From a bacterium (GTDB lineage Bacteria; SAR324; NAC60-12), in NCBI GenBank assembly GCA_965205865.1, contig CBDBHR010000027.1:160001-224000 (forward strand): a DNA stretch of 64,000 nt, written 5' to 3'. The notes under the pieces were generated by a model, which worked only from the letters and a program-made list of their open reading frames with translations, was not told the origin of the DNA and searched no databases. Positions 23,775 through 33,092 of this stretch are shown here, in pieces. Positions within the stretch are counted from its first letter, which is position 1. Each line of letters begins with the position of its first letter. The translations under genes were made by a program, and so were the position numbers.

Positions 23775-24548
23775 GTGCTTTTTTTTATGACAGGTCGATC
23801 AACTCTCATTCAGAACGGGATGTTTTTCATGTGGAAATTCTCTCTTTTGCTCACGATTTCGGTGATTCTGCTCCCCGCGGCAACTCATTCTTTTTTTGAT
23901 AGATTCGTACAAGATGATTTGCAAAAGAAAATACTTCCCATGCTGGATGATCCTTTGCTGGAAAATCGATTTTTTGCCACTCAGTCACTGTTGAATTTTC
24001 CGGAATGGTCTCTTCCCCTCATTCGCAGAGCTATTCAGGATCCACAGTTTCAAACCATCCATTGGCGCCTGGCTTATTTGTTGAGTGTTCTAGGTGCGCA
24101 AGCAGACATTCCTTTGCTGTTAAAAGGAATGCCTGCAGAGCATTTTTCCTTACAAAGCAAAATCTGGAAAGGGGCTGCGGAACGTCTTTTTTGGAGACAC
24201 CGACGGAGTATGAGTCGGCGTTACATCATTTCCCGTCTTCGGTTTTTGCCAGAGCAGCGCAGTGAAGAGATTGTGAAAGGCAAATTGCTCTATAAGATCG
24301 TCAATCCCGACAGTGAAGGACGCTTGGTGCATGTACATTTTGATTTATGGCATGCCCGCTTGGAAGAAGCATCCTTCCCCTCTTTTTATTGGATCGAGGC
24401 AGGTCGTGATCTTGAAGCGGAAATCCCCCTCACTATTAGCACGTCGCCCGGGTCGAGTTCCCTGCGAATTGACTTGAAAGTGGAAGAAGTCGGTACCAAT
24501 CAGGGCTTCGTCCATCACAAAATACGGATCCCTCTCCCTCGTCAATAA
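23775..24548 (+). CDS. Hypothetical exported protein with HEAT-like N-terminal repeat
   Basis: Signal-like segment then a helical LDDP..NRFFA..L pattern; start uncertain (a later Met is likely). Confidence 0.55.
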   Translation: MLFFMTGRSTLIQNGMFFMWKFSLLLTISVILLPAATHSFFDRFVQDDLQKKILPMLDDPLLENRFFATQSLLNFPEWSLPLIRRAIQDPQFQTIHWRLAYLLSVLGAQADIPLLLKGMPAEHFSLQSKIWKGAAERLFWRHRRSMSRRYIISRLRFLPEQRSEEIVKGKLLYKIVNPDSEGRLVHVHFDLWHARLEEASFPSFYWIEAGRDLEAEIPLTISTSPGSSSLRIDLKVEEVGTNQGFVHHKIRIPLPRQ

Positions 24549-24757
24549 ATGAAGGACTATCCGTTCTCCGATTTTTTCCAAGTACGAAAACAATAAATTA
24601 ATTCTAAGGTGCTGCCAGATTGTCGGAACATACGTAATCGTGACTTTTGTAGAAAAAAGTGAGAAATAAAAAAGAGAGCAAGAAGGTCAGGCCATTCAGA
24701 CTTTGAGGGAATCAAACACTGGCAGTACATTTTCCGCACATCGTACGCATCTCAATA

Positions 24758-25804
24758 TCACTTCGTTTGCGTTTGTCTTTCCAATTCTCTGATGGGAAGA
24801 AAGGGAAGAAAATTCCTGCCTAATTGGGGATCCGCAATCACTTTGTTTACATGAGGCAGGATCTCCTCCATGGTTTCGATCCGAATCCTTTCTTTTGTAA
24901 TTTCTTTCGCTTCTTTATACTCTTCATAAATAGAATTGAACCGTTGTGCTTTTCCGGCGGCGATGAGGACCGTTTTTTCTGCGTAGGCCTGTGAATCATT
25001 GAGTAGTTGAGCGGCTTCCCCGCGAGCTTTAGGTATCAGATTGTTCCGGTATCCATGGGCTTCATTAATCATTTTTTCCCGGTCTTCTTTAGCGCTGGCA
25101 ACATCTTTGAATGCTTCTTTTACAGGATCAGGCGGATGCACATCCTGCAATTTGACATTCTCGATTTTTATACCAGCAATATAGGTGTTCAAAACTCTTT
25201 GTAACAATTGAGCAGTTTCTAACTCAATGGCACCCTTTCCCGTAGTAATGGCATCGTCAACCGTCGTTCTGCCAATCACTTCACGCATGGCCGCTTCCGA
25301 AGCAGCGCGCACGGTATCCAGAGGATCCGTGACATTGAAGAGATATTCAGGCAATGAAACAATCCGGAACTGAACAATGAAGGAGACGTCAATAATGTTT
25401 TCATCACCTGTTAACATCAATGCTTCTTTGGTAACTCGCCGGTATCGCGCCGGTGGTCCTTGTTCAATCGTCCGGAAACCAATTTCAATACGACGAACTT
25501 CCTTGACGTTTTCTATTAAGACAGATTCAAAAGGGACGGGAAAGGCTATATGAGGTCCGGGTTCCTCGATTCGGTTGAATTCACCAAATCGTTTTACCAC
25601 TGCCTGTTCCGGAGGTTCTACAATGAAAAATCCCGTCATGATCCAGACGATCAATGCTCCAATGACAATCAAGCCAAGAAAGCCACGCCCTTGAAAACGA
25701 TTTTTGAATCGGTCTTGAAGATTGTTCAAAATCTCATCCACGTTTGGTTGTGCCGGTTTTTTGCCCCACGGCGATTTATCGGGCGGTTTATTCCATGAAT
25801 CCAT
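24758..25804 (-). CDS. hflK: FtsH modulator HflK
   Basis: SPW N-terminus, TM helix, MLTGDENII, VHPPDPVKEAFKDV, PKARGEA. Confidence 0.95.
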   Translation of the reverse strand: MDSWNKPPDKSPWGKKPAQPNVDEILNNLQDRFKNRFQGRGFLGLIVIGALIVWIMTGFFIVEPPEQAVVKRFGEFNRIEEPGPHIAFPVPFESVLIENVKEVRRIEIGFRTIEQGPPARYRRVTKEALMLTGDENIIDVSFIVQFRIVSLPEYLFNVTDPLDTVRAASEAAMREVIGRTTVDDAITTGKGAIELETAQLLQRVLNTYIAGIKIENVKLQDVHPPDPVKEAFKDVASAKEDREKMINEAHGYRNNLIPKARGEAAQLLNDSQAYAEKTVLIAAGKAQRFNSIYEEYKEAKEITKERIRIETMEEILPHVNKVIADPQLGRNFLPFLPIRELERQTQTK

Positions 25805-26195
25805 ATTTTCCGACTAATTAAAGTTGCTCTCTATCGATCTCACCCTTCCCCTGCAGGAGTTGGGTGTCAGCTTTAGCAATTTCTCCACTGCTGGCGAGTA
25901 AATCAGAGGAAGGGAAACGATTAGTCTTCTTTTCCGCCTTATTCATTTCTGTATACCAATTGACTTCTCGTCCGGAAGCGATTACTCGTTTCATAATTAA
26001 GAGAATTACATATTGGAGAAATTTACGCAAGTTTTTTGTTCGTGAAGGAAAGTTTTTGAGATTGCCGTTTTTATTCTTGCAGTGGTAACGTATGCCTTAT
26101 GCTCTGTTTTACTGCATACGGAAACCACAACAAAAGAAATGAAAAAATTTCGTCGTACCGTTCAATGAATCCTCTTACCGCCATCAGGGAAATCA

Positions 26196-27101
26196 ATGAC
26201 AGCGAAAATTATATCCGGAATCCGCTTGCGTGAAGTAATTCTGGAAGAAATTACCGGAGAAGTCCGGCTGATACGGGAAAAACATGGCGTGGTTCCGGGT
26301 TTGGTCACTATTTTAGTGGGAAATGACCCTGCTTCAGTCTCTTATGTCTCCTCGAAAATAAAAACGGCTCACCATGTGGGCTTTCATGAAATTCAGGATA
26401 GTCGACCGGAGATCATCACTGAAGCAGACTTGTTGGCATTGATTGATCATTACAATCACGATGAGCTTATTCACGGAATTTTGGTACAACTCCCCTTACC
26501 GAAACAGATCAATGAATCCAATATTATCAATGCAATCGATCCGGACAAGGATGTCGACGGCTTGCATCCCATTAATACAGGTCGACTCGTCATCGGAGGT
26601 GATATGGTTCGCTTTCCTTCCTGCACGCCTGCTGGGATTCTGGAGATGATCATCCGCTCAGGCGTGCAAACCCAAGGGGCCGAAGTGGTGGTGGTGGGAC
26701 GATCCAATTTGGTGGGAAAGCCCATTGCCAACATGTTGCTGCAAAAAGCAAAAGGCGCTAATGCCACCGTCACCGTCGTACACACAGCCACAAAAAATAT
26801 GGCAGTGCATTGTAGACGGGCTGATATTCTGATCGTGGCCGCCGGTGTCCCGAACCTGGTACAATCCGACTGGATCAAACCCGGTGCCTGTGTCATAGAT
26901 GTGGGCACGAACAGAGTGGGGCTGAAAATAAGCAAAAAAACCGGAAATTCAGTCGCGATTTTAAAAGGAGACGTGGACTTCGAAACTGCAAAAGAGGTGG
27001 CAGGTCATATCACTCCCGTGCCTGGTGGAGTTGGACCTATGACCATCACGATGCTCATGAGGAATACATTGAACTCCTTAAAGTTCAAATTGGGCATCTG
27101 A
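26196..27101 (+). CDS. folD: Methylenetetrahydrofolate dehydrogenase/cyclohydrolase
   Basis: LVQLPLP, KDVDGLHP, GRSNLVGKP, TPVPGGVGPMT. Confidence 0.97.
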   Translation: MTAKIISGIRLREVILEEITGEVRLIREKHGVVPGLVTILVGNDPASVSYVSSKIKTAHHVGFHEIQDSRPEIITEADLLALIDHYNHDELIHGILVQLPLPKQINESNIINAIDPDKDVDGLHPINTGRLVIGGDMVRFPSCTPAGILEMIIRSGVQTQGAEVVVVGRSNLVGKPIANMLLQKAKGANATVTVVHTATKNMAVHCRRADILIVAAGVPNLVQSDWIKPGACVIDVGTNRVGLKISKKTGNSVAILKGDVDFETAKEVAGHITPVPGGVGPMTITMLMRNTLNSLKFKLGI

Positions 27102-27128
27102 ATCAGTTGTCTGAAAGCAGGACGATTT

Positions 27129-28136
27129 CTATCCGTTTTGTGATCTGGTTTTGGCTGGAGAGTCCCTGTGGTCAAAAATCCAGCGCAAAACGCCGCCAAG
27201 GCTGAATCGGGAGGTTTGTTCTTTGAGGTAGGTCGTCGTTCCCGTGATTTCTCCCGCAACCAGTATACCACTTTCAACGGCAGGGCCGATTCCCTCTCCT
27301 AAATCGACCGAAGCCAGTCCCGCTGAATCGCCGACGAGAAAACAGCGATCTTTTTTTACGCTCCCTTCATAGGCAAACAAATAATAAGGATGCCCCTTGT
27401 CCTTGATTTGTCCAGCCGTATCCGGGTCTAATAAATTTCCTTTTACCAAATCCTTTAGAAAAGAGCGATAATGGTCATGAATGTTCGTTGCGGATTCTTT
27501 AAAATAGCGGCTCATACCTCCTAGTCCAATATTCACAAACCCATTACCCTTTGGCACATACCAGGCGTATCCTTTCAATCCCCGGGGAAAGAAATATAGG
27601 TGACAGATGTCTTGACGGGCAGGATATTCAAATTCATATTCCAGCGTGGCGATTTGGAGTTCTTTATTGTGGACATCAGGAAAAAAACTTTTCCTTACCG
27701 GGCACATAGTCCCTCCGGCACCCACTAAATTATTACAGGAATACTGACCGTCAATGATGTATTGTCCACCTATTTTTCCGATTTTTTTCACGTGATGTCG
27801 CTCGACAGGAGTTCCGGAACGTTTTAACAGCCACTGATCAAATTCAATACGCCGGATGGAAAAATTGGACCAACGTGTGGGAAACCAGGAAAGAGAAAAA
27901 GGAAGAAAAGGGAGATGTATTCTGGTATCCAATTCCGAAATGGGGTGAGGATAGTCCTCCGTGGTGAATTTCAGATCCTCCATCACCTTGGCCGTAATCC
28001 AGCCTGCGCACAGTTTTAGGCGGGGAAACGTCTGTTTATCCAGAATCAGGACATCACTCCCGGTATTCTTGAGTTTCCAGGCACAACTACTTCCGGCAGG
28101 GCCCCCGCCTACAATAATGGTTTCATGAAATTTCAT
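27129..28136 (-). CDS. Geranylgeranyl-reductase-family FAD oxidoreductase
   Basis: IVGGGPAGS, FPRLKLCAG, IRRIEFDQWL, GYAWYVPKG, VGDSAGL...GEGIGPA. Confidence 0.85.
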   Translation of the reverse strand: MKFHETIIVGGGPAGSSCAWKLKNTGSDVLILDKQTFPRLKLCAGWITAKVMEDLKFTTEDYPHPISELDTRIHLPFLPFSLSWFPTRWSNFSIRRIEFDQWLLKRSGTPVERHHVKKIGKIGGQYIIDGQYSCNNLVGAGGTMCPVRKSFFPDVHNKELQIATLEYEFEYPARQDICHLYFFPRGLKGYAWYVPKGNGFVNIGLGGMSRYFKESATNIHDHYRSFLKDLVKGNLLDPDTAGQIKDKGHPYYLFAYEGSVKKDRCFLVGDSAGLASVDLGEGIGPAVESGILVAGEITGTTTYLKEQTSRFSLGGVLRWIFDHRDSPAKTRSQNG

Positions 28137-28151
28137 GGTCCCCTTTGCGCA

Positions 28152-29357
28152 TTAGCGAATGGTTTGGTAACCCCCTAAAACACCTTTGCGGGATAAGACC
28201 AATTGCCAGAGCGAAATATATCTCGAGCGAAACCCTCCGGCAACTGACATTAAATAATATTTCCACATCCGGTAAAACATGCTCCTGCTCATCCCTTTCA
28301 ACTCTAAATAGTTGGGGATCTTGGCACTGCTTTGCCAATCATTGTCGAAATTCTCAAACCATGCCATCAAGGTAGTATGGTAATCCACTCCAAAATCATG
28401 CCAGTCCTCTAAGACCAGGACATTGTCGATGGCGTTGCCCAAAGATTTGGGAGAAGGAAGAGTGCTGTTAGGAAAGATGTATTTGTTGATCCAGGGATCG
28501 ACCTCGACGTCATATTGATCGGTGCCGATGGAATGCAATAAAAACAAACCGTGATCTTTCAACTGTTCTGCAACCAGACGCAGCCATGATTTGTAGTTTT
28601 TCACTCCTACATGCTCACACATCCCGATGGAAACCACTTTATCAAATTTTTGGCTGGTAGGGTTATAAATATGTCGATCTCTGTAATCACAAAGATGAAA
28701 TTCAGCCGCGTCTTTGCAGTATTCGCGCGCAAACTTGATTTGCTCTTCAGAAATGTTGACCGATACAAGGTGACAACCATATTTTTCGGAGGCATATTTT
28801 GCAAATCCTCCCCAACCGCACCCCATCTCAAGCACTTGTTCTCCTTCCTGCAGTCCGAGTTTCCGGCATATCAAATCGTATTTTGCATATTGGGCTTCAT
28901 CGAGGGTTTTGGCATCTTTCCAGTAGGCACAGGTATATGCCATGGTTTTTCCCAGCATCTCCCGGTACATTTCGTTGCTCAAATTATAATGAATTTCAGC
29001 AACTTTTTTTGATCGTGTCCGAGATTGACGATTGAGCAAAAAAGCCTCCGTCCATGTCCGCAGGTAGCGTAAAGGATGGTCCAACAAGTTGCGTTTGTGC
29101 AGCAGAGTAATGCGATAGAAAAACTCGTCCAACTGTTCGCAGTCCCACCACTCTTCCATATAGCATTCACCCAGACCAATGGAACCCTGAGTAAACAAAC
29201 GATTATACAAACGCTCATCCTTCACTTGAAGGTCCCAAGGATTGCTTCCGTTGATCTGAATACCAGCCTTATTAGCAATCTCATGGATCAGTTCTCTTGC
29301 TCTTTTCTTCCTTCCTATTTGAGTAGTTAGTCCTTCTACTAAAACCTTTGCATCCAT
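28152..29357 (-). CDS. cfa: Cyclopropane-fatty-acid synthase family SAM methyltransferase
   Basis: HYNLSNEMY, MAYTCAYW, LEMGCGWGG, SIGMCEHVG, WINKYIFP, RMWKYYL. Confidence 0.9.
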   Translation of the reverse strand: MDAKVLVEGLTTQIGRKKRARELIHEIANKAGIQINGSNPWDLQVKDERLYNRLFTQGSIGLGECYMEEWWDCEQLDEFFYRITLLHKRNLLDHPLRYLRTWTEAFLLNRQSRTRSKKVAEIHYNLSNEMYREMLGKTMAYTCAYWKDAKTLDEAQYAKYDLICRKLGLQEGEQVLEMGCGWGGFAKYASEKYGCHLVSVNISEEQIKFAREYCKDAAEFHLCDYRDRHIYNPTSQKFDKVVSIGMCEHVGVKNYKSWLRLVAEQLKDHGLFLLHSIGTDQYDVEVDPWINKYIFPNSTLPSPKSLGNAIDNVLVLEDWHDFGVDYHTTLMAWFENFDNDWQSSAKIPNYLELKGMSRSMFYRMWKYYLMSVAGGFRSRYISLWQLVLSRKGVLGGYQTIR

Positions 29358-29381
29358 AACATCACTCCAAACATTTTTTTA

Positions 29382-30314
29382 TCAATTGCATAACTCCATC
29401 AATTCACGAAGATCCGCTACCCTTCCCGGGCTTCGGGATGATTTTTGACAATTTCCAGAATTTTCTGAGAGAATTTGACCAATCATCTTATCTTTTTCCT
29501 CCCAGAGGGTCAGAACCCATGGTTTGAGTCTGCCATGCGGGATAGGCAACTCACGCACATGGATGATGATCACAGAAACCTTACCACACAACATGTCCCA
29601 TAAACGGGGAGAGGGGCGGTTTGGATAGACAATCGTGATATCCAGAATTGCAGTGAGATATTCCCTCAAGTTTGACAAAACAATAGCCGCAGTGCCAAAT
29701 CGTGGCTTTAGCAGATATCGATAAGAAAAGGATTGTTCTTTCTGCTTTGCTTCGCTGAAGCGAGTGCCTTCCGGAAAATTGAGGATGGAAAAGGGAGCTT
29801 TTTTCAACTTCCGACAAACTTTGCGAGTGGTTTTCAAATCCCTACCGCGCAATTCCGGGTGCCGTTTTAAACTATCCGGAGAATAGCGTTTCATCATGGG
29901 AAAATCCAGAGCCCACAGAGAAGTGCCAATGAAAGGTAACCAAATCAATTCCTGTTTGATAAAAAACTTAAGAGGTGGAATCCGATGGATCAAGCTGCAT
30001 TGTAATCCGAGAATGTCAATCCAACTAAGATGATTGGAGATCACCAAATAAGACCCATGTGGATTGAGCTTCTCCATCCCTTGGATTTTCCAATCAATTT
30101 TTTGAGTGAGCCTGAATACGAGGCGGTTTCCATCCGTCCATGCCGTTAAGAGCTTTTCCAGAGTGTGAGTCAAATGGTTTTGCAATTTTGCATGAGGAAT
30201 TGCAATTTTGAATAGAGTGACCGTGGAAATCGGAATGAACCAAATTATGGTATTACAGCAAATTAAAAAAATGGTAACACAACCCAATATCCATGGTGGT
30301 AAGAAATGCAGCAT
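29382..30314 (-). CDS. PlsC/YihG-like acyltransferase
   Basis: NHLSWID (HxxxxD), FFIKQEL, FPEGTRF. Confidence 0.9.
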   Translation of the reverse strand: MLHFLPPWILGCVTIFLICCNTIIWFIPISTVTLFKIAIPHAKLQNHLTHTLEKLLTAWTDGNRLVFRLTQKIDWKIQGMEKLNPHGSYLVISNHLSWIDILGLQCSLIHRIPPLKFFIKQELIWLPFIGTSLWALDFPMMKRYSPDSLKRHPELRGRDLKTTRKVCRKLKKAPFSILNFPEGTRFSEAKQKEQSFSYRYLLKPRFGTAAIVLSNLREYLTAILDITIVYPNRPSPRLWDMLCGKVSVIIIHVRELPIPHGRLKPWVLTLWEEKDKMIGQILSENSGNCQKSSRSPGRVADLRELMELCN

Positions 30315-30500
30315 CGCACGATTGTAGTTGGGACTTGAAGCAAAAATGTGTGTAAAAAAATATCGAAATCAGTTATTCGACTTGAATTTAATTTCCGGAT
30401 TTTCCTTTAATTTTTATGCCGAGGAATTATTTTCTCCCACACAATAAAGGAAAATCAGTGCTGATCAAAATTATTCAGTTCGGCTAACCTCTCCAGTCCA

Positions 30501-30767
30501 TCAGTCTAGTTTACTACACCATCCCTGTAGGGTTTCAGTGACCTTAAAATATTCCAGTTGTTTGGTGATTTCCTTGGATACGGAGGATTGCGCAGTTTCT
30601 CCAATGTGGGTCCAACCATAACTGACTCCCCATACGCCGACCAGCATGAGCACAACCCAAGGCAATAAGGGCAGTCCCTGCCTGGCAAATCGGTAGAAGC
30701 CAAATATAGCTAGCAGACCTCCCGTCGTCAATAGAACCAGTGAAATCAGATCAACGTTTTCCAGCAT
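30501..30767 (-). CDS. Small membrane protein
   Basis: Two hydrophobic helices; co-oriented with neighbours. Confidence 0.6.
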   Translation of the reverse strand: MLENVDLISLVLLTTGGLLAIFGFYRFARQGLPLLPWVVLMLVGVWGVSYGWTHIGETAQSSVSKEITKQLEYFKVTETLQGWCSKLD

Positions 30768-30844
30768 ACCTTGCCCTTTCTTTGTAGAGGTTGATGTGAT
30801 TTAAAGATGAATTCGGTACCATCTTTTGTCAATTCAATGTTCTG

Positions 30845-33067
30845 TCAGTTGACTGTTCTATTCCCGGGTCCATCTTGCCCGGAAATCAAATTCAGTGGAT
30901 GATCGCCGCCCAGTATCGCTTCGAGTTTGCGTGCGCAGGTTCCCAGGGATTGTTCTACAAGTAAAAAACTGGCAAATCCTTGTCCTTGGGCTGGGTCGGT
31001 CGTGAAAAGGAGACCTTGACTTATTTTTTGAGGAGACGACGTCGTAAAAAGAGGAAAACGATCTTCCAGGTTCCTGGCAAAATCCGGAATATTGGCAAAT
31101 CCTGCTGCTTGAATCTCCTTCGCAGTGAGGATTAACCATACGCCCACCCGACGTTGCTTCAGGTGTTTTGACAGTTCGAGAGACAATCGTCCCATGGAAA
31201 ATCTGGGATTGATTTCCACGATCGGTTTGCAACGCAAGAATGGCTTTCCCTTTCTTGCGTCCCGATAAACCAGCAAGTCCACTCCCACTGGTCCCGCATA
31301 CCCTGCCTGCGCAATTGAGGGACTGATGTGTTCAGCAATAGAACGAAGAAAGGAAGGAAGGGATTTGGGCTGATGACGATGGGGTTTATGATGCAGAAAT
31401 TTGAGGAGTTGGATCTCCATCCCCACATCAAAACGACCTACCACCGATCCCCGGTACCTTCCCCTTTTGTCTGTAAAAAAGCGGGTAATCCCCGCAATGG
31501 AAAACTGTTCTTCAGATTGCAAATCAATGTGAAAAGAAAGATCCAGCGCCTTATCCAACCATGGCTCCAGAACCACGCATTTTTGTTGTTCCAGAATTTT
31601 GTCGATTCGTCGTTTTTCCCGGGTGAGGCTATCTCGATTGAACAGCTGAATCATGTTCCGTCCCGAAGCGCCCCAAGCTCCTTTGAGAACCAAATGTTCA
31701 AATCCTTGATCTCTGAAAGCATCGCTTTGTATTTGAAGGTCTTCAAAGCTGCTGGAAACCTTTCCAACTATCGCAGGATCACACCTCCAATGAGAGTCGG
31801 GTGGATCGAATTTCAATAAATCCGCCAATTGTGCCACACTCCAGGCTTTGGAAAAAATAGTCTTTAATCTCCCATTCCATACGGGAACGCATGGCGGGGG
31901 GGCTCCAGGGAGCAAATTGTGAAACAGGGGTTTGAGCAGATGCATACTTTCCGGACTCCATCCCCAAGGGCTTAGTTTAGCAATTTTTCTCTGATAGATC
32001 CCTGTTTTTTCAAGGAATGGCTTACCAGAATTGGAATACTCGACAAATTCAGGAAGCGTCAATCCGCTTCTTTTGAGTTTTGTCAGAAAAGCGGAGGTGG
32101 GCCTTTTCTCGACCAGGACAACATCTCCCTGTTTGCAAAAAAAAAGAGGAATTGCCGTAAAATCTTTTTGCAACTGACGGGCAGACTTGGTCAACGTCCT
32201 CCCAGGTTTACCCCGGGCGATCTCGGCTTCACAGGCAGGATTGAAAAAAAAGACGTTGGGAACCCTCCCTTTTGAATGAGAATACAGAGCCAATTCAGAA
32301 ATGAAATTCTCGGAGAATCCCACCTTTCTGCGGATCCGGACATCAAAACCAATACCTTTGGCCCGAGCCGGAGTCAGAGGAAAACGCAGGGCGTCTTTGT
32401 AAGAATTCCATTCGCTTTGTTCCGTTTCCTTCCACTGGTTGAACCATTGCAAGCCATGCCGTACGTGATTAATTTCGTCTCGAAGAACCTGCTCTAAAAT
32501 ATCCGCGGTTTCCATATCACCAATTTGCCGGAAGATCCTCGCATAATATTGCGCGTAATCCAGGTTTGCTTGTTCAAATGTCAAACTCATGCCCACTACA
32601 AAGTCCTTGGGACTCTGCATGGGAGAAAGACACTTCCAGAAAAAATCATTGACCGGAATTTCACCAAATTCGACCTGAAAGCTACTCATACGAGCTTCAT
32701 AAAGCTGCAAGTGCCGCTGTTCTTCCAGAAGAGTGTTGAGCAAACCCAATCTGAATCTTTCAGGGGCTTCCGGGAATTTGAGAAGCGCCAGTGCGATCAA
32801 TTCCAAGGCCAAAAGCTCATGATTCGCAAAGAAATGCAACACAATCCCCCGCTGTCTGATATCCTCCAATTTCCTGACATTGGGAAAAGGAATGCGTTTG
32901 TCCCGATGCCCTTTTTTCAAGGAAAGATCGGCTGGACGATCAGGAAAGGGGGGAAGGGGACTGCTTTGGTATCCAAGCGGACTATCTTCAAAGTGACCCG
33001 GACAAAATAGCTTTTCCGAGAGAGTCTTGCCTAAAAGGATCCTTTCGGCAAATTCCTGAATTTTCAT
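30845..33067 (-). CDS. DUF455 ferritin-like di-iron domain fused to an ATP-grasp-like domain
   Basis: N-terminal HFFANHE, EEQRH, EQANLD, DEINH; C-terminal PWGWS, KGAWGASGR, VLEPWLD, GPVGVD, VEINPR. Confidence 0.75.
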   Translation of the reverse strand: MKIQEFAERILLGKTLSEKLFCPGHFEDSPLGYQSSPLPPFPDRPADLSLKKGHRDKRIPFPNVRKLEDIRQRGIVLHFFANHELLALELIALALLKFPEAPERFRLGLLNTLLEEQRHLQLYEARMSSFQVEFGEIPVNDFFWKCLSPMQSPKDFVVGMSLTFEQANLDYAQYYARIFRQIGDMETADILEQVLRDEINHVRHGLQWFNQWKETEQSEWNSYKDALRFPLTPARAKGIGFDVRIRRKVGFSENFISELALYSHSKGRVPNVFFFNPACEAEIARGKPGRTLTKSARQLQKDFTAIPLFFCKQGDVVLVEKRPTSAFLTKLKRSGLTLPEFVEYSNSGKPFLEKTGIYQRKIAKLSPWGWSPESMHLLKPLFHNLLPGAPPPCVPVWNGRLKTIFSKAWSVAQLADLLKFDPPDSHWRCDPAIVGKVSSSFEDLQIQSDAFRDQGFEHLVLKGAWGASGRNMIQLFNRDSLTREKRRIDKILEQQKCVVLEPWLDKALDLSFHIDLQSEEQFSIAGITRFFTDKRGRYRGSVVGRFDVGMEIQLLKFLHHKPHRHQPKSLPSFLRSIAEHISPSIAQAGYAGPVGVDLLVYRDARKGKPFLRCKPIVEINPRFSMGRLSLELSKHLKQRRVGVWLILTAKEIQAAGFANIPDFARNLEDRFPLFTTSSPQKISQGLLFTTDPAQGQGFASFLLVEQSLGTCARKLEAILGGDHPLNLISGQDGPGNRTVN

Positions 33068-33092
33068 GATTTGATTCAGTGGTGCCCGGACT

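Noticed and set aside
25818-26088. Short ORFs between hflK and folD
   Set aside because: No motifs and far too short to be hflC.
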